A stretch of DNA of 63,537 nt, the filler included, from Folioceros fuciformis (lineage: Eukaryota): NCBI GenBank assembly GCA_049999805.1. It is 9 parts of 9 records of this genome, joined end to end, with 100 filler letters (N's around TTAATTAATTAA, not from the genome) between each part and the next. Parts side by side here need not be neighbours in the genome. Positions count along the whole stretch, not along the records: positions 41,488 to 60,306 come from JBNGIO010001605.1; positions 60,407 to 61,880 come from JBNGIO010001611.1; positions 61,981 to 63,537 come from JBNGIO010001619.1; 6 more parts are not named here. The stretch is one strand, 5' to 3'. The stretch's first letter is position 1. The number at the start of each line of letters is the position of its first letter. Shown in pieces: positions 49,976 to 63,125 of this stretch. The translations under genes and the position numbers were made by a program. The notes under the pieces were generated by a model. That model was given only the letters and a program-made list of their open reading frames with translations, was not told the DNA's origin and made no database searches.

Positions 49976-50928
49976 ATGGTGGGTCATTGCGGGCATTGCC
50001 CCACTGCTCCCTCCCCTCCTTATCTCATTTGGGTGCTCGCAGTCGTAGCTTCCGATGCCGCGGCAGGGTTTGGTGCCATGGACTTGGGAATACTATGTGC
50101 TTGTCATTTTCTTGGTTTCTTATGCTGTGTTATATTCTGTTTGTCATGTCGTGTGCTTGCGTTCTAATGTGTTGATCTCTTGGCTTCTTGACAACGTAAT
50201 GTGTCCGGAGTGACTCATGGTTGGTGTTGCTGTTTTCAATGGTGCGCAGGCTGAGTCGTCTAATGGAACCAAAGCGGTTTTGAAGAGAAAGGTGGTGACT
50301 GTCACCAAGGCCAATGGGGTGAAGGAGAAGAAGGAGAGGGAGAAGAAGGTCTTCAGCCTTCCAGGTCAAAGATATGACGCTCCTGAGGAGGTATGTGGGA
50401 TTGTGTGTCCTTGCTCGATGTACGTGTGGATTGTGTGTGTTTCTGACAGGCAGGTTGCTTTGTTTGCAGAGGGATCCTTTGAGAATCTTTTATGAAAGTC
50501 TGTATGAGCAAATTCCTACTAGCGAGATGGCTGAGATCTGGTATGTCATTTGGTTGGGCGGTGGTTGCTGGATCTCTGCTTTCTGAAGCTTGTATTTAGA
50601 ATGTCTCTGTGGTATCGTATCTCATTTGGTTCATGGCAGGTTGATGGAGCATGGTCTGCTGTCTACCAAGGATGCCCAAAAGGCTTTGGAGAAGAAACAA
50701 GGACGCCCCAAACAGGGAACTCCGGTGAAAGCTTCTGCGTCGTCCAGGGGTAACAACAGGGGGAAAGCTGATGCTGATTCTGATTTTGAGGCGAAACCCA
50801 GGGCTACATCTGTGGCCAATGGAGGTAAGGCTAAAGCTGTAGTAGCTCAGGGCAAGAGGAAAAAGAATGCGTCTGACAGTGATGACGACTTCATTGCCAC
50901 CAAGAAAAGTAAGAGAAGGAGCGATTAA
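49976..50928 (+). CDS. Conserved small Lys-rich plant protein of unknown function; ATG-only first coding exon
   Basis: REKKVFSLPGQRYDAPEE|RDPLRIFYESLYEQIPTSEMAEIW|LMEHGLLS conserved block; ATG|gtgggt at 49976-49978. Confidence 0.8.
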
Positions 50929-52379
50929 CGGGGCCCATGAAAAGGACTTCGTAGACTGAAAGAGATCTGAAACCTTGATTGAAGCTTCTTCAACGGGTGA
51001 TTCCGTGGGTAGTCCTCAAGACGCAGCCCTTTCTTTATGCTGTCGTTCATGGCCGAACAACTACCTTTGATGTGAAGGTCTGAAAGTTTTCCCCAGATGT
51101 TGTCTGTGCCTGTCCTGACACATTCCAGCAACCCTGGAGCATTCAAGGTTGATCCCTCTTTTGTATTTGATCCTCATACAGTTGTGATGCTGAGATTGTT
51201 TGCTACTTCACCAAAGAGCCTGAAGTAGCATACAAAGTAGTACAGCCCATTTGTCGCCAACAGCATTAGTGTAACGAAACACAGACTCAAATTAATGTTA
51301 GCGAAACACTGGATAACGAGAAAGTAATGAAACACGTTACAAACTCATCTTTGTTGAGATTCGTCTCTGATGATTTTGTCGGATCACCACTTACCCTCAT
51401 GTGCTAACGTATATCGTCCTTTCCTAGACTCTGACGCTTCCAGATTTCTCAGGGCGGTCGTCTGTCGTTGCCTTGGGTTGTCTGCGATGAGGAGTGTTGT
51501 CGGTGTAAGGGTGGGAACTGTGGTGTTGGAGACCACAAGGGTCGCAGGGTCATGATCTCAGCGTAGCACAGAATACTTGATGCAATCTGTTCTCGGAAAC
51601 GAATTGTTGTGCACTGTGTCAACAGGTGCAGACATTGAGCTTCCTGATCTGTGATGCGACTAAGAATCATACCTGGAACCTGATAAAGAAGCCCGGTGTG
51701 AGTTATGTCTTGTTGAACAATGCCTACATTGCGTCACTAGACGTCCCTGACTCCGGGCTTCTGTATCTCATTCCGGGAATGAACTGCCGGCTAATGTGGG
51801 TGCTGAAGTGAAGTGCGCAAATGTGTGCCCCTGTAGGAGCATACTTTTGGAAGTGGCGGAAGTTCAGAGCCACCAGAGGCATGACTCAACTGCCTTGCAT
51901 CTCCTTTGCTTCATCTGGTAGAAGATCTTGGCGATTTTTCCGCCACGCCAGCAGTAGACCTAGAATTTCCTCATTCCACGGCAGGGCTAGCTTGGTCCTG
52001 TTTAGCTTCTAAGGCCAGTGATTCTTAACTTGGAGTTTGGTTTTCCGCCGTTGTTGTGCTCCATGCCAGTACTGTGGCAAGGGAGTTCACATGGTTTTCT
52101 CATCTGTATCAACTTTTACTGGATCCGCCATTTTCACTTGATTGATTGTTTGCTCTCTACAGCGTTTGCATTTCTCCGTCTTGTCACAACTGTCATCATT
52201 CGAGAGGACATGCTATCAGTAGGCACAGGGTCCAAGCATTACCGTACAACTGGCCAGTGAGGAATGTAGGCTAGCTGGTGGGATTTGGCTTCCCAGGCGA
52301 ATTTTTTCTTTCCAGCGGAAGAAGCTTGTTCTTAGCATGGGTTGAAGTTGCTGCATGGCTTGCTGTGGGATCTTGGAGC

Positions 52380-53790
52380 ATGGAGAGACTGCTGAACTGC
52401 GTAGCTTCCAGTGAATTTGGAGCAAACGGTGTGGTATGTAATCTCAATCGGGCCTCGTGTCCTGAGGCCGGCTGTAAAGGCAAGTTTGTTCTGCTTGAAA
52501 CGTCCAACCCTCTTTCCACAAAGCGCCTCAGGGCAGCAACAACGACAGGCAGTCCTGGCAGCGCAGCATACCTGCCGACCCACACCCTGCCTCCCAAGCG
52601 CGGTGGGTTGAAGGCGTTCGACGCATCACATGAGGCGGAGGGAGTGATTTTTGAAGTCACAGCGGACGGGCACCTGATTCCTTGCTCGGCCCATGTCCAA
52701 GAACCTGAAGATGATTGGGACCAGTTGACAGGTCTCGGAGTTTTGCTCTCGTCTGGAGATATAGCAATGCTTGCGGAGTCTGATGATGCGGAAGAGATGA
52801 GCACCAAGTCTGTGTGGGCCAAACTAGGCCAGAGGCTGAACCTATCTGGAATTGCCTTTGCATCCAGAATAGTGTTGAGTGAGCGGCGTTTGGCCATCCC
52901 GCATGTGAGCGTGCAGGATATCAGTTGGATCGACTGGCCTGCTCTGCGCAAGCACGGATTTCAAGGCATTGTGTTCGATAAGGACAACACCTTGACAGCA
53001 CCATACAAGCTGGACGTGTGGCCTACTCTAATCGCTTCCCTGGAAGAGTGCAAATCTGTATTTGAAGGCCGTGTTGCCCTACTCAGCAATTCCGCAGGTA
53101 AGCTTCCATGAGCTGCAAATGTGCTGCTGTCATCGGTGCTGGCTTTCTTTTCTGACCAACAGGCAAAAGCAGGTCTGAATCAGTATGATCCGGATGGCTC
53201 CGAAGCAAGAAAGCTGGAGACTTCCTTGAACGTAGCGGTGATACGGCATGGTGATTCTCCTTATCCTCACGTCGCTGTGAATCGGCATCCAGTGGTTTCA
53301 GATAGCTCACCCGGAACATGTGGATGCAGATGCCAAAAAACCTGCAGGCAGTGCTGACGAACTTGGCAAGCATTTCGGATGTGAGCCATCCCTTCTTGTT
53401 ATGGCAAGTAACTATCCTGCTCATTTCGCAGCAGAGCTTATCTGCTGTAAAGAAGACATAAGACAGGATTCGTGCTGTGCAGGTGGGTGACAGATATTTC
53501 ACCGATGTGGTGTACGGAAACCGGAATGGATTGCTCACAATCCGTCCTGCTCCTCTGACTTGGGTAGGAGAGCCGTTCATAGTGCAACAGGTGCGTTGCA
53601 ATTCTGAATCGTAAGTACGTTTCCTATGCTCTTTGTCAGGCTAGCTGGGTTGAAGCTCTGGCTGCATTTCCAGGTGAGGAAGCTGGAAGATTTTCTTGTC
53701 CGACGATGGGAACAAAGTGGAGTATTGCCGACCACCCATAAGCTGTTCGCCGATGCTAGCAATTTCGTGAAGGATCGTGCTACCTGCTGA
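52380..53790 (+). CDS. PGPP1: Phosphatidylglycerophosphate phosphatase 1 (HAD IIIA, YqeG/GEP4-like)
   Basis: GIVFDKDNTLTAPY, LLSNSAG, KKPAG, M|VGDRYFTDVVYGNRNG. Confidence 0.92.
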
Positions 53791-54299
53791 AGACACTTGA
53801 AATTTAGGGTTTAGAAGAGAACATGCAGAAGGGTGAACATATTCCTGCTGTGTACATAGATATGCATGTGAGATTCTCGCCTCGGACCATAACTGGACGA
53901 CTTTCTGTGACTATGGCAAGCAAATATAACAACATCAGTCGGAATGAGGCCATCCCTGTCCCGTTTGTCCATACACAAGACACGGCCGAAGGCCGAGTCC
54001 TTGCTGCGCAACTTCATCCTTGGCTGTGGCCACATTATATGAGAATATAATAGGTATTTATATGGTATGATACTTTTGAGATGTAGGAAAATACGCGTAC
54101 GTCTCTCATGTCTCGACGTGGTATAATGCGTGACAAATCGGAGCCCACGAGACTCGACGGAGATCTTCACGGCAGGCTTGCAGCAGCTAGAGACTGCACA
54201 TGCTGCCTTCAGATGATTGGAATTGTGACGTCGAGGAATTTTGCGGGACAGTCCGATAGGGTCATCCAACGGGGCGTTTCATGAGGCTTTGTGATCACC

Positions 54300-57200
54300 A
54301 TGCGGGTTCTTTGCGCGGCTTTGGGGCTGCTGCTCCTGGCCGCAGGCGTGTTGGGCAACGAGGGGCTCTCGGAGGCAGGTGGTGCATGCACGAGCATCAG
54401 CCCGCTGGTTGGTTTCACTGCTGATCTCAGTATGGTTCAGCACCAGCTGCGCGGATCCGTTCAGATCCTGGACGATTGTACATTCCAGGTGGGTTGGGAT
54501 TTCGGGTTGTGGGAAATGCCTGATCTGCGCCTGGGTGATCAACCCTAAGGATGTGGTGATTCTTATAGGCAGGGGTCGTGTTGCAGGTAACCAAGTTCGA
54601 CATGCTTGCAGGTATTCAAGTTTATTGGTGGGGAGCTTTGGGAGAGGATTTTCAGAACATGACGGTTGGGCGTCCTGTGTCTGAGCAAATGCTGAATCAA
54701 ACTTACAGCAACCACACTCTCCATGTCCGTCTCTATCCTCCTGGTTGATTTCGTCGAAAGTTTCAGCTCGTTTGAGGCTGAGGGCTTGTCTCGTACCCTT
54801 TTGAGGGCGGAGGTAATGTAGTGTATCGGGTGATCGGTGCGGTGCAGGTGACTCTGAGTAATTGGAAATGGGACCAGTTTAGAGTGCTTGGTATTTGGGA
54901 CGTAGCTACTGCCTCCGATTTTGGTCACATCCTACTTGAACCTTTGGTAATCCCAGACTCTGGGATTGGCGCTGGAATTCCTGGAGTCGGATCTGCCTTC
55001 AATTCTTCACCCTCGCCTTCGCCATTACCGGGTGATTTACCAGCACCAAATCCGGCACCTGTCCCTAGTGAAGGTCATGACGCGTTGATCACTCATGGGC
55101 TGCGCCAGCCAACTATGTTTGACAATTGCATACAGCTAAATGCCGAATTCAGAGTTCGATGGACTGTGAAATGGGGAAAGGGGTCAGTAGATATTGGACT
55201 GGAAACTGTTCTGGCAAAATCTGAGTACGTGGCTTTTGGATGGGCTCCTATCGTGGGCCAGGGACATTATATGATCAATTCTGACGTGGTGGTCGCTGGA
55301 TTTGATGAGCAGGTAATGATCTCCTTCCAATTGATTAGTTATCATATTGCTTCTTTGTCTCAGGCACGGTGTTCCATGTTGCTGCCCCGTCTCCTATTGT
55401 GAAACGAAAGATTGAGGAGGACTTATTTGTGCAGGAGATGCCGTATGCTGAGGACTACTTTATTTCTGCATACTTGCCATGCAACTGGGATTCTCGAAAT
55501 CCTAACGGGGTGTGTCCTGACGAGTTTTTTGCTCAAGACAGTGACATGCACGTAAATGACAGCACGCTCGTGTATGGGCAACAAGTTGATGGTATGGAAT
55601 GCAGACCCTGCAGGTTTCTAGTCATCGTGCAAGAAAGTCCATCTTTGACCTTGCTAAAGGCAAGCACTGCTTTTTGTTTTGCAGGTGTTTCACTGATCCG
55701 TTACAGCAGACCTCTAGAACCAAAAGACAGCGATTATGACATACCCATTGACGTCAAAGCCAACATGAGGGTGATCTGGGCTCGTGGTGTCATGAAACCG
55801 CCTGACAGCTTGGTGCCGAACTACACTCCTCAGAACCATAACAATCCCTGGGGGACGACATATGGATGGAGGAACATTACTCTGGGTGACCCTGTGGATG
55901 AATGCGTGGGTCCTTTGGCCGCCTCTGAAGTTTACCAAGGGGATATCGTTGTGGCTGACCGAGGCGTATCTTTAGTTATTGGGACCGTGGAATCTAAACA
56001 CTATCCAAACCCCCCAAGTCCCAAGAAAGTCCTTTCTATCAACCAGAAGGAGGCTCCTCTTTTGAAGGTTGAAAGAGGAGTTCCAGTAAAGATCTCTGTC
56101 CAAGCAGGTTACGATGTCCCATTCTACATAACTTCAGATGCCATTGGAGGTAGGACAAATGGAAATGAGACCATCTATGCTGGTGGTCCCGAAACATTTG
56201 GGGTGCCTGTTTTGCCACACCTTCTCACATGGCTTCCAAACAGCAGTACCCCAGATCACGTGTTTTATCAGGTATATCCATGGTGGCGTTGTTTAAATAG
56301 AAACGTAGCCCCTTTAGTCATGTTGCTGACGTTTTCTGCAGTCAATACTCCAGCTTTGAGGGTACGTGCAGTGGAAGATGCCTGACTTTAGTGCGGTCTG
56401 CAGTCATTCTCTCAACCGAAGATGGGCTGGAAAGTGCAAGTAGTTGATGGTGGACTTTCAGACATGTATAACTCAAGTGCTCTTCTGGACCTTGAGCAGG
56501 TACGCTTCCTTGCATTGTGTTCTGCCATTACAGCAAATTGTCCTGTCAGGTCGATTTCTCTTATGATTTTGGTAAATTGGTGGCTGTATTCAGGTTACAC
56601 TGTTCTGGACCCTCTCCAGTGATGAAATATCATTTGCCGTGCGTGGGGAAAAGAAGAGCGGGTATTTGGCTATTGCCTTTGGGAGGTATGTAATGTGTCG
56701 TACTTCTTATGATTGTTAAGATGTGCTGGTTGTTTGACAATGGTCCTAACTGCTGAACTCCCACTGATGCAGTGGCATGGTGAATTCTTTCGCCTATGTT
56801 GGCTGGATTGATGAAAATGGAGTTGGAAAGGTCAGCACTTACTGGATTGATGGGAAGGAGCCATCAAAAGTCCATGCCACCTCAGAGTCGCTGTCTGGAG
56901 TAAAGTGCACTTTACAGGACGGTCGAATAACATTTGAGTTTACCCGGCCACTAATGCCAGGTTGTGTCAAAGGCGCGGAGTGCAAGAACGTGATTGAGAC
57001 CTCTGATGTTCTAAAGGTTGTTTGGGCGATGGGTGCTTTCTGGAGCAAAGGTAAACTACTTCATTGAAGCGTTGGTGGATTCTAAGCAGGTCAAGAAGGT
57101 CATGAGGCTCCACGGTCTTGTTCTGTTCAGTTCTTATACAAGTTTAGTTCTGGTCAGGACATTCGGGCCCCCCCTTCTGAAATTAGGGAGACATTTCTAC

Positions 57201-58585
57201 TGACGTACAGATTCCTTGACGACTGAGAACATGCATTCTTCAACAAGCAGTAAGCCACTGCTCATTCATTTGACTACTGGAGAAGCAAAGACTGAAGACC
57301 TTGTACCCGTTTTCGCGGTAAGGGCCTCTCCTTACTCCAGCCAACACTGTCAGTTCACGCGTTGTACTTGAGGCTCTGTTTTGCATTTTGACTGGTTGTT
57401 TTAACTCCATGATGCTTGGGATTTGCAGGTCCATGGGTTTATGATGTTTCTGGCATGGGGATTGCTGTTTCCAGGTGGAGTTTTGGCAGCGCGATATTTA
57501 AAACATTTGGAGCATCAGATCTGGTTTCAGTAAGTAGACTGCATGGCCATGGGACTGATCAAGTTTTCCATTTTGGGTAGCACATATTGTGCCATCCTCC
57601 TACTGGCTTTTTGGTCAACGCTGTGAGCTCAGTTCATGCTTCCTGACAGTTGCTTTGCTTTGCAGGGTGCACATGTTCTCTCAGTATTCAGGATTAGTTG
57701 TCATGTTACTCGGACTTCTGTTTGCTGTCGCAGAACTTGGAGGGTGAGTTTTCCCGTCTAACACAGTGGTGCTGGAAATAGTGTGCTCTGTTTTGCTTCT
57801 GCCTAGGACAGGATTGGTTGGCATGACACTGGGGTGGCTTAAAGAGTGACAGTTGGTCTTACAGGTTCTACATGAGGAATGCTCATATGAAAGTTGGAAT
57901 GGCCAGTATCGTGCTTGCTTGCTGGCAACCCATCAATGCGTATTTTCGACCTCCAAAACCTCCGTTTGGAGAATCTCGGAGTCTTCAACGTGCTGTTTGG
58001 GAGTTCGTCCACATGTGAGTCCCAAATAACTCGTGGTGCTACCTCTCAAAACGTTGCATTCCCTCCCAGCTCCCCTCTTTTCTGATCCCATGAATGTCGT
58101 GATGCATTTCACTTTCAGATACACTGGCCGTGTTGCTGTGGTTCTAGGAGCACTTGCCCTTGTCACAGGCATCTCACAATTAAGTGAGACAGACAACCTG
58201 ATAAACATTGGAGGGTATCGCTGGGCGCTTGTAGCATGGATTGTTACTGTGGGTGGTATCGTTGCATATTTAGAGACTAAGAAGTACACAGCACGGTCAG
58301 ATTCCTCCATCCATCTCTACGGCGTTAAAATTCTGTGTGATCTTGTTTTGACCCAATCCCTTGCACCTTGTCCTCTGGTAGAGCAGCAGTGCAGTTGACA
58401 CTACTTTGTTCTCTTACATGTCCAGGAAGCAAGAGCAAGGGGGTATGGTCTACAATTCATGGACTACCACTGAAACAGATGAGATTGAAGAAGAAGATAC
58501 GAGAAACTTGTTACAGTCTGGTGCACAAACAAAAGAGGTGCAACTCTTCCCGTTGAGGGCTGAGTCACCACCAGACCAATTTTGA
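54300..58585 (+). CDS. Cytochrome b561, DM13 and DOMON domain-containing protein; multi-exon
   Basis: Signal peptide; DM13 block MVQHQLRG..ILDDCTF and GIWDVATASDFGH; DOMON blocks MFDNCIQL...FRVRW and MVNSFAYVGW; b561 block VHGFMMFLAWGLLFPGGVLAARYLKH. Confidence 0.93.
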
Positions 58586-60103
58586 CACACACTTAGGGCG
58601 TAACCTGTGCTAGCCTGGTTATGCGGTATGTACTCCTCAAATATTTCTAACAAGATCCTTTCACGGTCTCAACCAGGTGTACATATGATGGTAAACTTTT
58701 ACACACCTAATGAATCGTTTGAAACACTTCAATAGGAATGAACAATCTGATATAGGGAACCCACCTCTCAGTACATCTATTACAAAGCTCAGAATTGTCT
58801 CTAAATTTCTCGCTTGTCAAGATAGCTAATCCTCAAGCAAACGCGCCTTTCAAGATGGCTCCCCTAGTCTTACTTTGACCGGTGAGTAGATGCATCCTTC
58901 ATGCCTGGATCACTCCCCGTTCGGATCACACAGTTCCGGAACCGCGCGGAATGCAGCACAATGAGAGCGCGGGCTTGCGAAGTTGGAGCTTGATGCCGTG
59001 TGACGTAAACACGGTTATGCATGTGTCGAAGCCGCCTGGCTTTCCCTCTGATTTTGTTATTGCGCTCCATCAGTGATTGGAAATACCGGGTTGAGCAGTT
59101 TCGCTCAAAACTATCTATCGCACGTACCAGCTTTGGATTCCCCCTCCCATTCTAAGTACCAGATCTGAGAGCCACGGATCGTCGGAAGTCTTGAGACTGC
59201 TTGACTGTCGAAGTCCTGTACTCAGAACTGTTACTAGCTTCTGGCAAATTGCCCGTTGATTTCAGGGAAGCTCCGCAATCCTGTCCAGGAATGAGTGAAC
59301 AAATTCTGGCTGAGGAAGCGCACGGCAAAGAGTCATTCTCAAAGAAACCAGCGGCAATCGGTGTTTCGTGTGAGGAGGATGGCACTAGTCTAAGCCACCC
59401 GCAACATCATGAAGCCAAGCCAATGGAAAAAATCGCAGTGCACACGCACGATTCAAGCTCGGTTTTGTGTATTCTGCTCGATTCCGCAACAGTGTATTGT
59501 TGAATGGGGAGCGATGCGGGCGTGACTAGGCTCGATGCATGCATATGCTGCCCGTCACGGATGCATGGTATGTGGGTAAGTGCATTCGGATCTCGTCCCC
59601 TGTGCTTCCGTGGGATTGCTGTTTGCCAAAAGGCTGAATGGAACAAAGTTGAGCACGGTCAGGGACTACCGATCACAGGGAGATGCACCAATCGCCTTTC
59701 CCAAATGCCGAGATAGGTAGCACCGGCCACAGACACGATTTGCGAAGCCGAAACTCAGCGAACTTATTTCATTTGCGAATGCAGGCTCGACAGCAGGAAC
59801 ATGTTCGAGAATCAGGACAGAACACCTCTCGATTCTTGCACCTTGGCCCACACCAGATTTCACCTTGCTAGAACTCGTTCGACTGCATGATCAGGCTGTT
59901 GACAAATCTCTTCCACATGGGGAAAATGCCCGGGAATCAGAAGTAATTCTTGTCGATTCCTGCACACTGGAAGAGGCATGAATTCCCGAGTGACGTTGTC
60001 CCGACGTCCAGATCTCGGGACGGGGGCCGGAGCCGCTATAAACGGGACGGGGGCCGGTCTCACCAATCTCACATTCCACAAATTTTGCAGGCCTTCTTCA
60101 GCG

Positions 60104-60306
60104 ATGGCGACTTCCAATGCCCGGGTCTCGGCTCTCCTCCTCACCTTGGCCGTTGCGATCATCGGCGCGGCGTGCTCGTCGCACCACACCGTGGAGCTCA
60201 CCTCATGGACCGATCAGCTTCCGGAGTTGAGCGAGTTCGATAAGCTCACTGTACTGTCGCAGGAGAACGTGGTTTCGGACGCGGAGCTAAGCAGCCACCT
60301 CCCGCA
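60104..60306 (+). CDS. 5' fragment of a secreted protein, possibly fasciclin-like AGP; truncated by gap
   Basis: TATAAA ~65 bp upstream; signal peptide MATSNARVSALLLTLAVAIIGAACSS; PELSEFDKL-TVLSQEN resembles the start of FLA FAS1 (PEFSTFN..TVLAVDN). Confidence 0.45.
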
Positions 60307-61980
60307 NNNNNNNNNNNNNNNNNNNNNNNNNNNNNNNNNNNNNNNNNNNNTTAATTAATTAANNNNNNNNNNNNNNNNNNNNNNNNNNNNNNNNNNNNNN
60401 NNNNNNAGCCGGAGGAGGCAACAGCTAGGCAGGCAGAGAACCTTCAGGTACCCCAGCAGGAGGGGGAGCAGGCAACCCGAGGTAGCCCAAGGGAGGACGG
60501 GGTAAGCACCTCTGTTATGACAGAAGGTCGGATTGTGCTGTAGTATGAGGAGGAGGCCTCCTATGTGCCAAGCCTGTATGTAGAAGGGGCCAGGGTTTTG
60601 AAGCTGTTTCTGTATGTACGTATGGGCACAAGAGGGACGCGGGGCTACGGCCTATAGTTGAGGATGCGCCTGGGACTCTACCACTACAGCTGGTGGGTGA
60701 CAGGACTGCCCCACTGCTATGTGGAGGCAGTTCTGGAGGAACTGACGGAAGAGGAGGCCCAGCGCTGGGTAGAACGGGGGCCTGTGGCTGTCCTCAGCAA
60801 CCAGAGAAAGAGGAGGAGTAGTGGACCACAGCGGTGGGACCCACCTGCGCCGCCAGCCAGGTCCAGCAGTAGCAGCAGTGATGTGGAGATCCTCTAGGAG
60901 GATCTGCCGGACCAACGGAGGGGCAGAAGAGCGAGAGGAGGAGCAGCAAGGGGTGACGTGCGAAGGCCAGGAGGAAGCCGCCAGCAGCGTGGGAAAGAGC
61001 GATAGTAAATGCAGGCTAGAATAGAATTTTTTTAGCGTGCTTTATTTGGACCTAAGTCGCTCAGAATTTAAGAGCGCAGCTCCCCTGCCTGACAGACATT
61101 ATGGTGGAAAAACCGCCATCACCGTGTACAAGAGGCCACTTTGAAGGCCTAAGGAATCAGCAAGAACCAGCCGAACAATCGACCTTGTAGGGACCTAGCG
61201 ATGGCCGTTGCTGGACAGGAGGTCCAGGCAAGCGAGCGCACGTAGCAACCTGGGGTGGGGGTGTAGGTGGTGGGCGCTTCGTGATCAAGCCCGGGGACGA
61301 ATCGGGAGGAGGAGCCTCGCCGAGTGGGATAGAAGCTCCCCAACTATCCTCGAGGTGGTCACATGGACTGGTGCGGGTGTCGGAGCCGAATCCGCGAGTT
61401 CGGAGTGGAAGGGACTCCTCTTCCCTTAGCCTCGGTACCTCACCATTCCTCAACGTTAATAGGAGGCCAGAAGGGGGCATCGCTGAGAAAGAAGACTGAA
61501 GAACCGAAGAAAGGAGAGCGCGGGAGTGCGCGTGTGTGAGAAGGAGGAGGAGCGAGTGGCCGAGTAGTGGGTAAGAGCGAATGCGAAAAGGAAGCCAAAA
61601 AGAATGGAGCAGGAAGTGAAGCGGAGTGGAAGTGATTCGACGACTATTAAGACGGGCAGAATGTATACAGAGAACTGGTGAGTGGGGTAAGAGAGAACAA
61701 AGCCGGGGAAACCCCGGAGGCGAGGTGGGTAATGTGTGTGGGGTGCAACGAGACGTGGTGTGTATGTGTGACTGGTCGCGATGAGACTGGAGAGGCTGTG
61801 AAGAAGCTGAATTGAGACCGCAGGGGGTGTATCTAAGGTGTGAGATCACACAGGTGGAAGGCGTCCAACAAATTGCTGCTNNNNNNNNNNNNNNNNNNNN
61901 NNNNNNNNNNNNNNNNNNNNNNNNTTAATTAATTAANNNNNNNNNNNNNNNNNNNNNNNNNNNNNNNNNNNNNNNNNNNN

Positions 61981-62810
61981 GTTCTATGGATAACCAACTG
62001 AAACTCCTATGCAGATAGGAACTTGCCTTAGCAAGACTATGTGTCTGTAGACACCACAATGAACAAGAGGCAATGAAATCTATTCCATATGCTGGGTCAG
62101 TTGGCAGCCTTCTGCACCAGATACGGAATACATGGCTGGATATAGCTCTTCCAACCTCAATTCGTCTCCAATGCTGGCCAAGCCCATTGGGTCACCATAA
62201 ACGTATTCTTAGACACTTGCAAGGTACCAAGAGCAAGGGAATTAGATATCAAGGTGGGCATGGAGCCCAATCCAAACTTACAGGTTGGAGATGCTAACTA
62301 TGGTGGGGATCTAGACTCACGGAAGTCAACTAGTGGCTACGTTTTCCTATTGCCAAGGAGTGCTATTAGCTGGAAAGCCAAGAAACAGACCTCTACAACT
62401 CAAAGCTTTGCAGAATCGGAGTACATTGCAGCAGCTGCTGCCAAGGAAGGCCTCTGGTTGGTTCAGCTATTGAAGAATCTTGGCTGCAGCAGCTGCTGCC
62501 AAGGAAGGCCTCTGGTTGGTTCAGCTATTGAAGAATCTTGGCTACCCACATAACGGACCCATTGAAATCCGTTGCGATAATCAGGCAGCCGTTCTGCTCT
62601 CTAATGATCTTCGTTTCCACGAACGATCTAAGCACCTTGAAATTCGTTATCACTTCTTCCGCACGAAGGTTGGGAGTGGAGAATTGTACTCACCTATGTG
62701 TCCATAGAGGACTAGATAGCAGACATATTTACCAAGCCTCTGGCCAAGATCAAGCCAAGATCAAGCACTCGCACTTCACCCGAGCATTAGGACTCATAGA
62801 TCATTCATGA
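61981..62810 (+). mobile_element. Ty1/copia RT-RNase H remnant, frameshifted
   Basis: PYAGSVGSL, DANYGGDLDSRKSTSGYVF, SWKAKKQT, AESEYIAA, IRCDNQAA, FHERSKHLEIRYHF, ADIFTKPL. Confidence 0.95.
62427..62542. repeat. Exact 58-bp tandem duplication within copia RNase H
   Basis: tgcagcagctgctgccaaggaaggcctctggttggttcagctattgaagaatcttggc at 62427-62484 and 62485-62542. Confidence 0.92.
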
Positions 62811-62944
62811 TGTCCCAATCTCCCTATTTGCGCTTAAGGCGGATGACCTACGTGGCCTGCTCGTCATCAGTCGTTTCAAAATATCTCCAATCCAGCCATG
62901 AACAGCGTGGGGATCTCGACCCGGAAGGGTCTCCAACATTTGCT

Positions 62945-63125
62945 AAGGGGGTGTGTGAGCATGTAGGAAAACATACCGTGGAATTAGGACTTCAGTATAT
63001 GCTCGTTCATGATGAACAGTCGTGACTCTTTTGTGACTCATCTCTGATATGCTCTCTGAGCATTTCCTTGTACAGTTCTCATATTCACAATACACAGGAT
63101 CGATTTACAGTCTCACCATTCTCAA
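62945..63125 (+). mobile_element. Putative polypurine tract and short 3' LTR of the copia element
   Basis: AAGGGGG directly followed by TGTG..., ~140 bp after the RNase H end. The right boundary (..TCTCA) is uncertain. Confidence 0.5.

Noticed and set aside
51368-51436. TGATGA...CTGA pair as a second box C/D snoRNA
   Set aside because: Imperfect box C, weak stem, and no recognisable rRNA or snRNA complementarity.
60407-61880. ORFs 60658-60897 and 61157-61849 as genes
   Set aside because: Stop-interrupted or low-complexity, on a short repeat-like contig; no domain recognised.
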